From: a virus
Lineage: Duplodnaviria > Heunggongvirae > Uroviricota > Caudoviricetes
IMG/VR virus record: IMGVR_UViG_3300028833_000099
Length of the DNA stretch: 45,614 bases
Direction: 5' to 3' (one strand)
How positions within the stretch are numbered: the first letter of the stretch is position 1; each line of letters starts with the position of its first letter. Position numbers and translations under genes: made by a program. Below are positions 17,841-26,448 of the stretch, piece after piece. A model generated the notes under the pieces. The model had not been told where the DNA came from. It saw nothing but the letters and a program-made list of their open reading frames with translations, and did no database searches.

Positions 17841-17991
17841 AATCACTTCATTCTTTAATTCCGCTGCAAAGGTACGAAAAAAAATTCATTCCACCAAATA
17901 AAAACAGAATTATTTTCAATTTATAATAATTTTTTCTTTTTATATATTATAATAAGGTGAAAATAATTTTTTGAAAATAATTCCTTCAAAA

Positions 17992-18023
17992 TTTGGTTAT
18001 TTCAAAATAAATTCGTACCTTTG
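17992..18023 (+). promoter_or_regulatory. Bacteroidota promoter, divergent from the left-arm array
   Basis: TTTG-N20-TACCTTTG. Confidence 0.85.
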
Positions 18024-18051
18024 CACCACAAAAGCAATAAAACAAAAAGAA

Positions 18052-18282
18052 ATGGATAAAAACATTAACGTAAGAGTTATGGGTTTCCCAAAGGAAAACT
18101 ATGACAAGGAGACGCTTGACAAACTTAGTGACAGAGAACTGAGTGATTGGGCATTGGCTGACGGAGATACTGCAATCTTTGAGGATTTGAAAGAATTTCA
18201 AGAAATCCTTAATGATAAAACAAGTTTCTCTAAAGAGCAAGTGAAAAATAACTGGTGGTATTTCTTAACTGACTTGGCATGA
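18052..18282 (+). CDS. Hypothetical protein
   Basis: Start reassigned to MDKNIN after promoter. Confidence 0.75.
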   Translation: MDKNINVRVMGFPKENYDKETLDKLSDRELSDWALADGDTAIFEDLKEFQEILNDKTSFSKEQVKNNWWYFLTDLA

Positions 18283-18623
18283 GGAAAGAACACTTGGAAA
18301 TTGCAAGGGCTTTATATAAACCTACACCAAAGGTTGAAGCCCTTGTTCTCAAATTATATGACTTGCTTGATAAACCACTACTAAATGGGGCGACTATAAC
18401 ATCCCTAAGTTTTAAAAAAGGTGCTCTGACACTTGGTGGCTTGTCTGTCAAGGAACTCGTCAAAAGTGGACAGCATTGCGGTGTAGAGGTGCATTGGTAT
18501 CCAGATTTCACATTGTCCACAAAAACTGACCCATTCTGTAGTGCTTTCATATTGCGCTACAACTCTCTTGAAAAACTCTGCCGTGAGGTGGAAAAGGTAC
18601 TCTCATCAATGAGAGTTGCGTAA
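18279..18623 (+). CDS. Hypothetical protein
   Basis: ATGA overlap. Confidence 0.75.
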   Translation: MRKEHLEIARALYKPTPKVEALVLKLYDLLDKPLLNGATITSLSFKKGALTLGGLSVKELVKSGQHCGVEVHWYPDFTLSTKTDPFCSAFILRYNSLEKLCREVEKVLSSMRVA

Positions 18624-18658
18624 ACAACATTTAAATTAGTATTAATATTAACAGTACT

Positions 18659-18686
18659 GACCCCATTGTTGTTGAAACAGTGGGGT
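18659..18686 (+). terminator. Hairpin directly before repeat R1
   Basis: ACCCCATTGTT...AACAGTGGGGT. Confidence 0.6.
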
Positions 18687-18715
18687 TGTACTTTTTTAAG
18701 TCTATATTATACATA

Positions 18716-18856
18716 ATGGCAATAAACATACATTGTAAAACAATCAATGAGGTTGCTATACTAGCGTTATATTCCAATTATAAGGGAGGAATCATCACAT
18801 TTGATGAACTCAAGGAACAAGGTAAGAAGTTTGGGGCTGTAATTACAGCATCATGA
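18716..18856 (+). CDS. Small hypothetical protein, 46 aa (MAINIHCKT...)
   Basis: Manual translation; fills R1-R2 exactly. Confidence 0.65.
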   Translation: MAINIHCKTINEVAILALYSNYKGGIITFDELKEQGKKFGAVITAS

Positions 18857-18892
18857 ATAGTAACCCATTTTGTACTTATTTAAGTCTTTAAT

Positions 18893-19078
18893 ATGGCAAA
18901 TAGAGTTAATTATCGCATCGGATTTTATACGAGAGACGGAATCTTTAAGATATTGAATAATAAGAAACGCTTTCGTAACTTCTTTCCCACAAGGGAAATG
19001 GCTGAAGAAAAACGCAAAGAACTTCAAGGAAACTACAAACATAGGCTAGAAATACAATCATTCAATTATAGCATATAA
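18893..19078 (+). CDS. Small basic hypothetical protein, 61 aa
   Basis: Fills R2-R3. Confidence 0.75.
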   Translation: MANRVNYRIGFYTRDGIFKILNNKKRFRNFFPTREMAEEKRKELQGNYKHRLEIQSFNYSI

Positions 19079-19132
19079 ATAGACCTATATTGTACTTATT
19101 TAAGTCTATTTATATATTATTGAGCGTAATAA

Positions 19133-19164
19133 TTTGCTTTTCTCGATTATTTTTCATATCTTTG
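19133..19164 (+). promoter_or_regulatory. Bacteroidota promoter inside repeat unit 3
   Basis: TTTG-N20-TATCTTTG. Confidence 0.75.
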
Positions 19165-19217
19165 CACTGTATATATTGTATCCAATTGGATACTGACAGT
19201 AAATTATTAAATAAGAC

Positions 19218-19436
19218 ATGGCAAAATATTACATTAATCAAAAAAACGGAAAACGTAAGTATATTAAAGACATCGACTTTGCTCAAGAAAAACTTACATT
19301 CACTGAGGATGAAGACGATGCATACAGAGGAAGGGATGGATACTATGCAATTCCAACTAGAGACTTAATTCGAAGGAATTTCGTTGATGAGTATCCAGAA
19401 GTTGCAGAACTAGAATGCACAGCAGCATACTATTAA
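19218..19436 (+). CDS. Small hypothetical protein, paralog of 19495..19728
   Basis: Shared Y[IL]K..D...K..FT....A..Y.GR.G pattern. Confidence 0.8.
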   Translation: MAKYYINQKNGKRKYIKDIDFAQEKLTFTEDEDDAYRGRDGYYAIPTRDLIRRNFVDEYPEVAELECTAAYY

Positions 19437-19494
19437 TGGCAACACCCATATTGTACTTATTTAAGTCTAATAACACACTAAAAGGATAAAAATT

Positions 19495-19728
19495 ATGTAC
19501 GGATATTTACTACAAAACTCAAACGATGAATACCTAAAAACGCTAGATACAGCGGAAGGTAAAATAGAATTCACTAAAGAACCTAGTGAAGCAAGAAACT
19601 ATGCTGGTCGTCCAGGTGGAGGACAATGGGATGCTGAAAATGAAAAACAATACCTAGACTTCCATTTTGGAGAAGAATATGGAGAAAGGGTAACATCACT
19701 CAGATGCGTGCTTAGAGAATGGGAATAA
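19495..19728 (+). CDS. Small hypothetical protein, paralog of 19218..19436
   Basis: Fills R4-R5. Confidence 0.8.
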   Translation: MYGYLLQNSNDEYLKTLDTAEGKIEFTKEPSEARNYAGRPGGGQWDAENEKQYLDFHFGEEYGERVTSLRCVLREWE

Positions 19729-19770
19729 ACCCCTATGCTGTACTTAATTAAGTCCAAATAATATATTATT

Positions 19771-19845
19771 ATGGATAAAACTATATTAGAGTTTACCCCA
19801 AACGGAAAAAATAATATTAAACGAATAAAGGATGAGACCAATTGA
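19771..19845 (+). CDS. Micro-ORF, 24 aa (MDKTILEFTPNG...)
   Basis: Follows R5 as in the other units; may be a remnant. Confidence 0.4.
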   Translation: MDKTILEFTPNGKNNIKRIKDETN

Positions 19846-19860
19846 GCCTCATCCTTTTTT
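19828..19860 (+). terminator. Intrinsic terminator
   Basis: AAGGATGAG...CTCATCCTT plus T-tract. Confidence 0.7.
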
Positions 19861-19900
19861 TATTTCTACCCCTAACTTGTACTTATTTAAGTCCAATTCC

Positions 19901-20410
19901 TTAACCAAAGAACGTTCCGTCATTCTGAGGCCATCTTCCATCTGGCTCGTATGCCGCACATTGAAGAACCTTTGAAGTATTATTGGTCATATTCGACAGC
20001 AACTTGGATGCATCATGCTTCTTCATACTCTCCGATAAGTTCTTATATGAGGCACGAAAATTTAGATTTTTTGTTCCAGTATAACATGCGACATATACTG
20101 TTCCAAGATTCTGAATAATCTCTCGCTGATATAATTGCATGTAAATACCACTAGACTTCAAGAAATTCTCAAACGCCTCAAGTTGATAAAAACAACGTGG
20201 CTGCTTGCTAATATCAGACCATTCGTAAAAGTATATACGTATCTCTTTGCTAAACTGAATTTCGCCCTCACTATACTGACCAGGTATCCTATGTACACTA
20301 TTAGGGTAACTGCCACCATAATAAGGAGAACGATATGTAGTAGTCGATTGTTTCCTTTTGCTAATTAACGACCTTCTAAATAAATCTCTTAATTCTTTAC
20401 TTCTATTCAT
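19901..20410 (-). CDS. Hypothetical protein
   Basis: ORF; shares KEI..FY domain with neighbour. Confidence 0.8.
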   Translation of the reverse strand: MNRSKELRDLFRRSLISKRKQSTTTYRSPYYGGSYPNSVHRIPGQYSEGEIQFSKEIRIYFYEWSDISKQPRCFYQLEAFENFLKSSGIYMQLYQREIIQNLGTVYVACYTGTKNLNFRASYKNLSESMKKHDASKLLSNMTNNTSKVLQCAAYEPDGRWPQNDGTFFG

Positions 20411-20415
20411 AATGT

Positions 20416-21153
20416 TTACATGTCACCTAATTCTTGTTCATCACAAGCCTCAAAAAACATTTCGCCATAACTATGTTCAGCCATTATTTCCAATAAACCA
20501 ATCTTCTCGGATTCTGGACACAAACAACAATGGCTCTCATATCTCCATGCTAAGTCATTGGCAACTTCCCTAGATACAAAATATCCTTGACTTTCACAGT
20601 AATCATTGAACTCTTTGATAGAGTTGAATTCTAATTTATCGTCCTTGCAATGATAATCTGGATAAAACCATATCTCCTTGTATTCTGTATCATCTTCATT
20701 CGATGAACACGCCAATCCAATATCATCTAAATTATATTCATCTTCATAGCCACTATAAGGAGCATTTATGTCTATCATTTTAGCCTTTTTGCCCTTCTTA
20801 TGCTTCATCTTACCCTTACCACCCTTGTAAAAAGATTCTTCACGCTCTTCTTGAGACCAGAAATCTTGAAATGGGTCTTTCTTCTTCCCCTTTCCCTTTC
20901 CTTTGCCTTTGGGATTCAAAATTAAGACATCATTGTTCTTGAGAGGGAAAACAACATCACCCTCATCGTCAATGTCATCATCCCAACCAGGAAATACCCT
21001 ATCCCAATAAGCAGCCATATCGTCATAGTCATCCCAATCTTCATAACTACTGTGAATAGGCTCTTTAGCCTTGCGTGATAAGTATTCATGAAATAAACTA
21101 ATAAGATTAGGCTTAACCTTATTAGGAATATCTATTTTAATTTTCTTTGACAT
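20416..21153 (-). CDS. Hypothetical protein with acidic and Lys/Gly low-complexity tracts
   Basis: ORF with promoter. Confidence 0.8.
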   Translation of the reverse strand: MSKKIKIDIPNKVKPNLISLFHEYLSRKAKEPIHSSYEDWDDYDDMAAYWDRVFPGWDDDIDDEGDVVFPLKNNDVLILNPKGKGKGKGKKKDPFQDFWSQEEREESFYKGGKGKMKHKKGKKAKMIDINAPYSGYEDEYNLDDIGLACSSNEDDTEYKEIWFYPDYHCKDDKLEFNSIKEFNDYCESQGYFVSREVANDLAWRYESHCCLCPESEKIGLLEIMAEHSYGEMFFEACDEQELGDM

Positions 21154-21234
21154 ATATACTATATATTATAATGCAAATATATGAAAAATTTTTCAATTAG
21201 CAAAATATATTAATCTTTTTTAATGATATTTACT

Positions 21235-21747
21235 TTATGTACAAGTAGATTTTTCGAAAAGACGGTATTTGCCGTTTATCATACCAATTACATTGCCGTT
21301 TTTATCCAATAAATGAATCCTATCCTTATACACTATAATCATCTGATTATTCTCTTCACCATTCTTGCTAATTTCATATATGATGTTACTGTATTCGCCA
21401 ACTACTTTATGAGACCAAGTTTTACAGCTAATCGTACATACATAATCATCTAAAGCAATACGTAGCAGCCTTTCAGCATCAAATAATTTCTCTCGTAATG
21501 CAGTATAAAAAACAGACACGAAAATCTCACTAGAAATAATAGCAATATATACGTGAGGATATTTTTCATGCTTTTCATCTGACAAACTTTCTTCATATGC
21601 GCACACTTTATTCCTTAAAGAATTTATGTCTAGAGCTGGATTCGTCAACCCCACATGTTCGCATAAACTATCTAAGTTTTGGTATGATGTAGAGCTAACA
21701 TCGTTACCAATAAATTTCATTATGTTATAATACCTGAATCTTTTCAT
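21235..21747 (-). CDS. Hypothetical protein
   Basis: ORF track. Confidence 0.75.
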   Translation of the reverse strand: MKRFRYYNIMKFIGNDVSSTSYQNLDSLCEHVGLTNPALDINSLRNKVCAYEESLSDEKHEKYPHVYIAIISSEIFVSVFYTALREKLFDAERLLRIALDDYVCTISCKTWSHKVVGEYSNIIYEISKNGEENNQMIIVYKDRIHLLDKNGNVIGMINGKYRLFEKSTCT

Positions 21748-22040
21748 TTTATTTTTTAATTTTTTTTTTTCTAGAATATAAAAGCAACAGTTTTTTCTCT
21801 ATGTTTCTTCTATATTTCCCCTATATTATTTCTTATATATGATAGTTTTCTAATTTATTTCACCCCATCTGTCTCATCAATTTCTCACGGAAATATTTTT
21901 CGCCATAAACGCTTTATAAATACGCCTATTCATTGTATTTCCAATATATCATTTTTTTCTCTCTTATGCTCCTAATTATCAATGACTTACACGTTTGTAA
22001 AGTATATATTTTTGTATGGTTTATATAAATTCTCTACGTG

Positions 22041-22442
22041 TCATTCGCTATTTTTGATTACAGTGATTATGTATTTATATGTCGATAGTGAAAGTTTATA
22101 TTTTTTGAAGAGCATTTTAACAGTGTTGACTAGTCCTTGTTTAGTTTGTGTGATGTACCAGTCTTCAAGTTTTCTGTTTTTATTAAATTTGATATGGTCA
22201 TGTTTATACTCCACGATTTCTTGTTCTTCATATACCACGTTCTCAATAGTTCTTCCAAATAGCCGTGTTGTTTGTCCTATTAGCGAGAAGACGTTTACTT
22301 CTCCAGATAATAGTGGTACTTTTGTTTTTTTTGTATTGGTTGTTTTTGTTATGTGCAGCGTAGGAAAGGTCAGTGTTCTATTTAGGTATATGAAGTATGT
22401 TATTTTGTTATGCAGTTGTGGTAATAGTTCTTCAAGTTTCAT
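22041..22442 (-). CDS. Hypothetical protein
   Basis: ORF in coupled operon. Confidence 0.7.
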   Translation of the reverse strand: MKLEELLPQLHNKITYFIYLNRTLTFPTLHITKTTNTKKTKVPLLSGEVNVFSLIGQTTRLFGRTIENVVYEEQEIVEYKHDHIKFNKNRKLEDWYITQTKQGLVNTVKMLFKKYKLSLSTYKYIITVIKNSE

Positions 22443-22677
22443 TATTAGAGTTTTTAAGTATGTTTTCTATTTTAGCGAGTGTCGCTTTTATTGTGAATGT
22501 TCCGTATTTTTGTAGGTAGTCGAATTGTGCGTCTTTTGCAGTGATTGCTTCATCGACAGTATATTTTTTTTCTTGTCTAAACTCTTCGAAGGGTTTGAAG
22601 AACAAATCCATTATTGTTGCCACGTTCATGATGTGTTTCATTTCTGTGAGTATGAGTTTTGCGTCTGAATTTTCCAT
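22432..22677 (-). CDS. Hypothetical protein
   Basis: ORF in coupled operon. Confidence 0.7.
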   Translation of the reverse strand: MENSDAKLILTEMKHIMNVATIMDLFFKPFEEFRQEKKYTVDEAITAKDAQFDYLQKYGTFTIKATLAKIENILKNSNNET

Positions 22678-22678
22678 A

Positions 22679-23182
22679 TCACAAAGATTTTATTTTTTCG
22701 TTTAGTGTATTATAGATTTGATATAGTTTTTCAACTGTATTATCATAGAGGACTGTATATGTATGTGTAAGTGTAGAGTTTTGTCTTATTATGGTTCTTC
22801 TCAGTTCTTCTATTCTTATTATTTTTTTCTTAATAACTCTTTTAATGATTCTCATCATTAGTTGTTTATCGTTAGTGATGAGTTTCATTTTGTTTACATA
22901 CATTGTGGTTTTTGATATGAATGCGAATTGTTTTGTTGTTTCGTTTGCATATAGTACATCTATATTGGGAAGATAGATTATTCCTTGTGGTGTATTTGTT
23001 GTGATTGTTGCGATTGACATTGACTCTATTGTGTCTACTGACACGGTTGTTGCTTTATTGGTTTTATTGACTACTAAGTCCATGCCTTGGTATTTATCCA
23101 CAAAGAATGTATCTAGATGTCCTAACATTCCTAGGTTGAACATATAGATGAATTTATCGTTATCCTTATTAGTCCACGTCAT
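22679..23182 (-). CDS. Tandem paralog family member 5
   Basis: ~160 aa; LITNDKQL motif. Confidence 0.75.
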   Translation of the reverse strand: MTWTNKDNDKFIYMFNLGMLGHLDTFFVDKYQGMDLVVNKTNKATTVSVDTIESMSIATITTNTPQGIIYLPNIDVLYANETTKQFAFISKTTMYVNKMKLITNDKQLMMRIIKRVIKKKIIRIEELRRTIIRQNSTLTHTYTVLYDNTVEKLYQIYNTLNEKIKSL

Positions 23183-23673
23183 AGTTTTTTAATGGTTTCT
23201 ATTGTTTGTCTATATGCGTTCATAGCATTTACTTTCAGTTCTCTATATTTTTGTATAGAATTCAGTATGTATTGTACATCCATTATTGTTCTTGTTACAG
23301 CATTTAATCTAGCTTTATTTGCTTTTTGCCCTAGTGTATCGATTCTTGATTCTAGATGTTCTATGCCTTTATGAAATTGTTTTTTATAGTAGTCGAAGAG
23401 TATTTTTTTATCGGTTGTATATATTTGGAATGGTGATTCTATTGTGATATGTTTAGAGTTTTTATGGTACTTTGCTGTTGACAGTTCTTTCACGTTCATA
23501 TCTTTTCCTTGTATGAAGTAGAGTCTTGACGAATCTGTTGTTCCGCAAGCTAGCCCTACCACGTCTGTTAGTGGTGGTAGAATTGGAGTCATAGGAACTA
23601 GGTAAGTGAATATTTCTGGCTTAATTACCTGTCCTACGTATATTGTCAATTTATCCTCATTAGTCCAAATCAT
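23179..23673 (-). CDS. Tandem paralog family member 4
   Basis: IYTTDKKIL motif; ATGA overlap. Confidence 0.75.
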   Translation of the reverse strand: MIWTNEDKLTIYVGQVIKPEIFTYLVPMTPILPPLTDVVGLACGTTDSSRLYFIQGKDMNVKELSTAKYHKNSKHITIESPFQIYTTDKKILFDYYKKQFHKGIEHLESRIDTLGQKANKARLNAVTRTIMDVQYILNSIQKYRELKVNAMNAYRQTIETIKKL

Positions 23674-24158
23674 GCTTTCTTAAGGTTTGTTATTAGTTCT
23701 TTTGAGTTTGCTTTAATTGTTTTTATTTGTTTATAGCTTTGGTTAATGAATTCATCATATAGTGTGGTTCTTCTTTCCACGCTGAAGGGTGTGGCAGATA
23801 GATTTCTCTTCATGTCTTGTGCTCTTACTATGTCATTTTCTAATTTTTGTAACATTGTTGTTACTTCTCGTTTGATATAGTAAAAGAGTTCTTTTTGTGA
23901 GTTGGAATAGATTTTTTGTCCTAGATAGATTATGTTTTTGTTTTTTGTTTCTATTTTCACTACCATTCCCATTGATATAATATTAGGTCTATCTCCGACA
24001 ATGGCATAATGGTTAGAATTTTCTTTAAATCCTAAAATCGTGAGACCTTTTGAGACGGTTCTAACGTCAGCTATTTTTCCAGCAGACGCTTGGAAGCTAT
24101 TGGTTTTGATGTATTTAAGGCTATTTATATAATACAATGTAAATGGTTTATCGTTCAT
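23670..24158 (-). CDS. Tandem paralog family member 3
   Basis: IYSNSQKEL motif; ATGA overlap. Confidence 0.75.
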   Translation of the reverse strand: MNDKPFTLYYINSLKYIKTNSFQASAGKIADVRTVSKGLTILGFKENSNHYAIVGDRPNIISMGMVVKIETKNKNIIYLGQKIYSNSQKELFYYIKREVTTMLQKLENDIVRAQDMKRNLSATPFSVERRTTLYDEFINQSYKQIKTIKANSKELITNLKKA

Positions 24159-24661
24159 AGTTCTTTCAGTTCTTGTAGGAATAATTTATATGAATCGCCT
24201 ATACGTTTTGGTTGTTCATTGACCTTAGAGAATGCATAATCTAGTGCATAATAATCGTATTCTTGTTTTATCCCATGTGCTACGTCAACAGCCTCTTGTT
24301 GTGCTGCTATTAGTCTTTTCTTATATATTGGCGAGATAAATTCTAGTATGGTTTTTTTGTCGTTGGTGATGAGCACATTTCTTCCTTTCATTACAATGAT
24401 GCCATTATTTTCCTCAATGGTTTCAACTTTCTTGACTTTAAATACTCTATATTCCTTATCGTCCTTTTTTTTGGCTGTAATGAATAATGAGTTATTTGTT
24501 CGTCCGTTTGTAATGATTAGCACGTCTTTATACATTTCCATAATCGGTACGACAGTTGATGATGTACAGAGGTAATTTTGTCGTATATACCAATTGAAAA
24601 CATCACCTAGTTCTACCACGTATAGTTTTTTTCCTACGCCTTTTTTTGGTCTCCAATTCAT
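24155..24661 (-). CDS. Tandem paralog family member 2
   Basis: KKLY, LITNDKKTI motifs; ATGA overlap. Confidence 0.75.
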   Translation of the reverse strand: MNWRPKKGVGKKLYVVELGDVFNWYIRQNYLCTSSTVVPIMEMYKDVLIITNGRTNNSLFITAKKKDDKEYRVFKVKKVETIEENNGIIVMKGRNVLITNDKKTILEFISPIYKKRLIAAQQEAVDVAHGIKQEYDYYALDYAFSKVNEQPKRIGDSYKLFLQELKEL

Positions 24662-25131
24662 AATTCTTTAATTTGTTTTAGAAAGTCACGATATGTTTCA
24701 TCAATTATCCCCAGAATCCCAAGATAGTAATTGGTGCTAGTAATGTATCGGATTTTTTTAATCTCATCTTCTACTAGTTTCTTTGCCTCTCTACAATGTT
24801 TCTTATATAGTTCGATAAGTTCTAGTTTTGATGTTGAGACATAGAAATCTTTAAATTTTGCTATGAAGGTATTTGGGTTAGTTTTTGGTTCTACTTTCTC
24901 TCCTGGTATTAGACTTCCTAACTCAAATACTTGCATCTGGTCATTCAGTGAATATATGAGATATTGTTTCTTATACAGTCCAGTAATAGCGATGGGGTTA
25001 GCGAACATTTTCAAGTCAAACTTTTTGAATTTATGGCTTCCGAATCCCGCATAATAGATTGTATTATTAAAAGGATATATTGTTCTTATATCAAGCAGAT
25101 ATAGTTTTTTCCCATTAAATGTTTTATTCAT
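24658..25131 (-). CDS. Tandem paralog family member 1
   Basis: KKLY, VSTSKLEL motifs. Confidence 0.75.
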   Translation of the reverse strand: MNKTFNGKKLYLLDIRTIYPFNNTIYYAGFGSHKFKKFDLKMFANPIAITGLYKKQYLIYSLNDQMQVFELGSLIPGEKVEPKTNPNTFIAKFKDFYVSTSKLELIELYKKHCREAKKLVEDEIKKIRYITSTNYYLGILGIIDETYRDFLKQIKEL

Positions 25132-25143
25132 TTCTTATATATT

Positions 25144-25470
25144 TTACAGTTTTGAATAGATAAATTCAAGCATATCTTTTGTTGCCTCATTGGTAAAGAT
25201 GTTGCACCACATGCCACGAGAGTTTTTTGCGTTAATTCTCGTCATGTTTTCGTTAGTGGGGTCATCAAATGAAGGTGTGTCGCTTGTAATGCTCACGCAT
25301 ACTATTTCCGTGTCTTTGTAACGTGCGTTGATATTGATTCTTCTTGTATATACCTTATCTTCCATTGGGTTATCATCGTTACCAATGTCTTTAGAAGAAT
25401 CCACACCGTTTTTAACAATTGTTGTAAAAATTGCTTTTTCAAGTTCGTTTTTATTCATAATGTATGTCAT
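25144..25470 (-). CDS. Hypothetical protein
   Basis: ORF track. Confidence 0.7.
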   Translation of the reverse strand: MTYIMNKNELEKAIFTTIVKNGVDSSKDIGNDDNPMEDKVYTRRININARYKDTEIVCVSITSDTPSFDDPTNENMTRINAKNSRGMWCNIFTNEATKDMLEFIYSKL

Positions 25471-25492
25471 TTAAATGATTATTTGTTTCATT

Positions 25493-25575
25493 AAAGCAGT
25501 TCTTTGCTTTTGTTTAACAATCTCTGTTCTATTTGTCCAGCAGTTCTTTGCTTTTGTTTAATAATTGCTGTTCTA
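25493..25575. repeat. Imperfect 44-bp tandem duplication of a gene 3' end
   Basis: GCAGTTCTTTGCTTTTGTTTAA.AAT..CTGTTCTATTTG twice, period 44. Confidence 0.8.
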
Positions 25576-25894
25576 TTTGCCCATATGTGCCATTCACTAT
25601 TATGTCTACGTCTATACCGAATAATGTTCTACCGTATGGTTGTTCTAGCATAGCTCCCAAGTTCATAAAATTATATATACCATCATCTTTTTTATCTAAC
25701 CAAACTAGAGCCCTCTTTAAGAAAGTATCGTAGTCAATATAGGTTATTTTTCTACCCATTCTATATGCAACATAAACGAGTCTTTTCATTATCTCATATG
25801 CTTCAAGTCCTTTTTCTGTTCTTGTTCTATATAAGATTGCTTTTGTTTTATATAGAGTGTATGAATCGGTTATTTCTTTCCTTATGTCAATCAT
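25529..25894 (-). CDS. Hypothetical protein
   Basis: ORF; TAG stop. Confidence 0.75.
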   Translation of the reverse strand: MIDIRKEITDSYTLYKTKAILYRTRTEKGLEAYEIMKRLVYVAYRMGRKITYIDYDTFLKRALVWLDKKDDGIYNFMNLGAMLEQPYGRTLFGIDVDIIVNGTYGQIEQQLLNKSKELLDK

Positions 25895-26448
25895 AGAGCC
25901 ATATCTGCGAATTCCTCATCACTTATTGTCGGTTGTTTTTCTTTATTCTCAGCCCCATTGAGTTTTCCCCAATTAGTGAAACTTGATTTAAAGACTGTGC
26001 AGAATTTTCTTTTTGCAATTGTTTCTTTTGCGGCAGTTCTTTTTACGTCATATATGATAGTCTCATCATGTAATGAATAGTTATCTGTTTCGTTTTTGAG
26101 TCTGAAATTCAGTTCTGCGATAACAAACCCTTTCAATGTGAAGAAATAGTTTCTTAGTTCATTGAATGCTTCTCTTACCGTTTGTGGTGATAGGAGTTCC
26201 ACGTCTATCCACATTTCCGCTTCTGGTGTGTCTTTCAGAGGCATTTCCATTGTATAGTCATCTGTCTTGATAAGGAGTGGCTTAATATGTTTCACATGTG
26301 CTTCGAACTGCGTTAAATCGAGTTTTCTGAATCCAGTGATATACATATCTTTTTTTATCCTTATCGGTTTAACCTCAATACCAGTCACGAATTTGTCCAA
26401 TAATTCATTAAGGTATCTGAAGAATTCATTTATTTCTGTTGCTATCAT
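25891..26448 (-). CDS. Hypothetical protein
   Basis: ORF, ATGA overlap. Confidence 0.75.
   Translation of the reverse strand: MIATEINEFFRYLNELLDKFVTGIEVKPIRIKKDMYITGFRKLDLTQFEAHVKHIKPLLIKTDDYTMEMPLKDTPEAEMWIDVELLSPQTVREAFNELRNYFFTLKGFVIAELNFRLKNETDNYSLHDETIIYDVKRTAAKETIAKRKFCTVFKSSFTNWGKLNGAENKEKQPTISDEEFADMAL

Larger units (their letters stand above)
244..17898 (-). promoter_or_regulatory. 24 Bacteroidota sigma-70 promoters (-33 TTTG/TTGG, ~20 nt, -7 TAnnTTTG, mostly cgTAccTTTGca)
   Basis: Plus-strand image CAAAGGTACG...CCAAA; first C at 244, 952, 1767, 2800, 3575, 3916, 4730, 5281, 5454, 5987, 7358, 8837, 9384, 10175, 10480, 11626, 12179, 12761, 13444, 13953, 14891, 15696, 16922, 17867. 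Nearly all are just upstream of a start codon; 5454 and 10175 are exceptions. Confidence 0.9.
18687..19893 (+). repeat. Six copies of 16-bp motif TGTACTTA(T/A)TTAAGTC bounding small genes
   Basis: Copies at 18687-18702 (one mismatch), 18871-18886, 19091-19106, 19452-19467, 19739-19754, 19878-19893; ACC(C)-containing flank 5-10 nt upstream of R2-R6. Confidence 0.92.

Noticed and set aside
18687-19893. CRISPR array
   Set aside because: Repeats are only 16 bp, intervals are 123-345 bp and encode ORFs, and no cas genes are present.
280-21223. TTAA-N6-TTAA or the 16-bp repeat as genuine XerC/D dif sites
   Set aside because: Only the inner TAA-N6-TTA or a TTAT.TTAA resemblance is present; the outer arm bases (TTATGTTAAAT) are not conserved. 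Kept only as a minor alternative.
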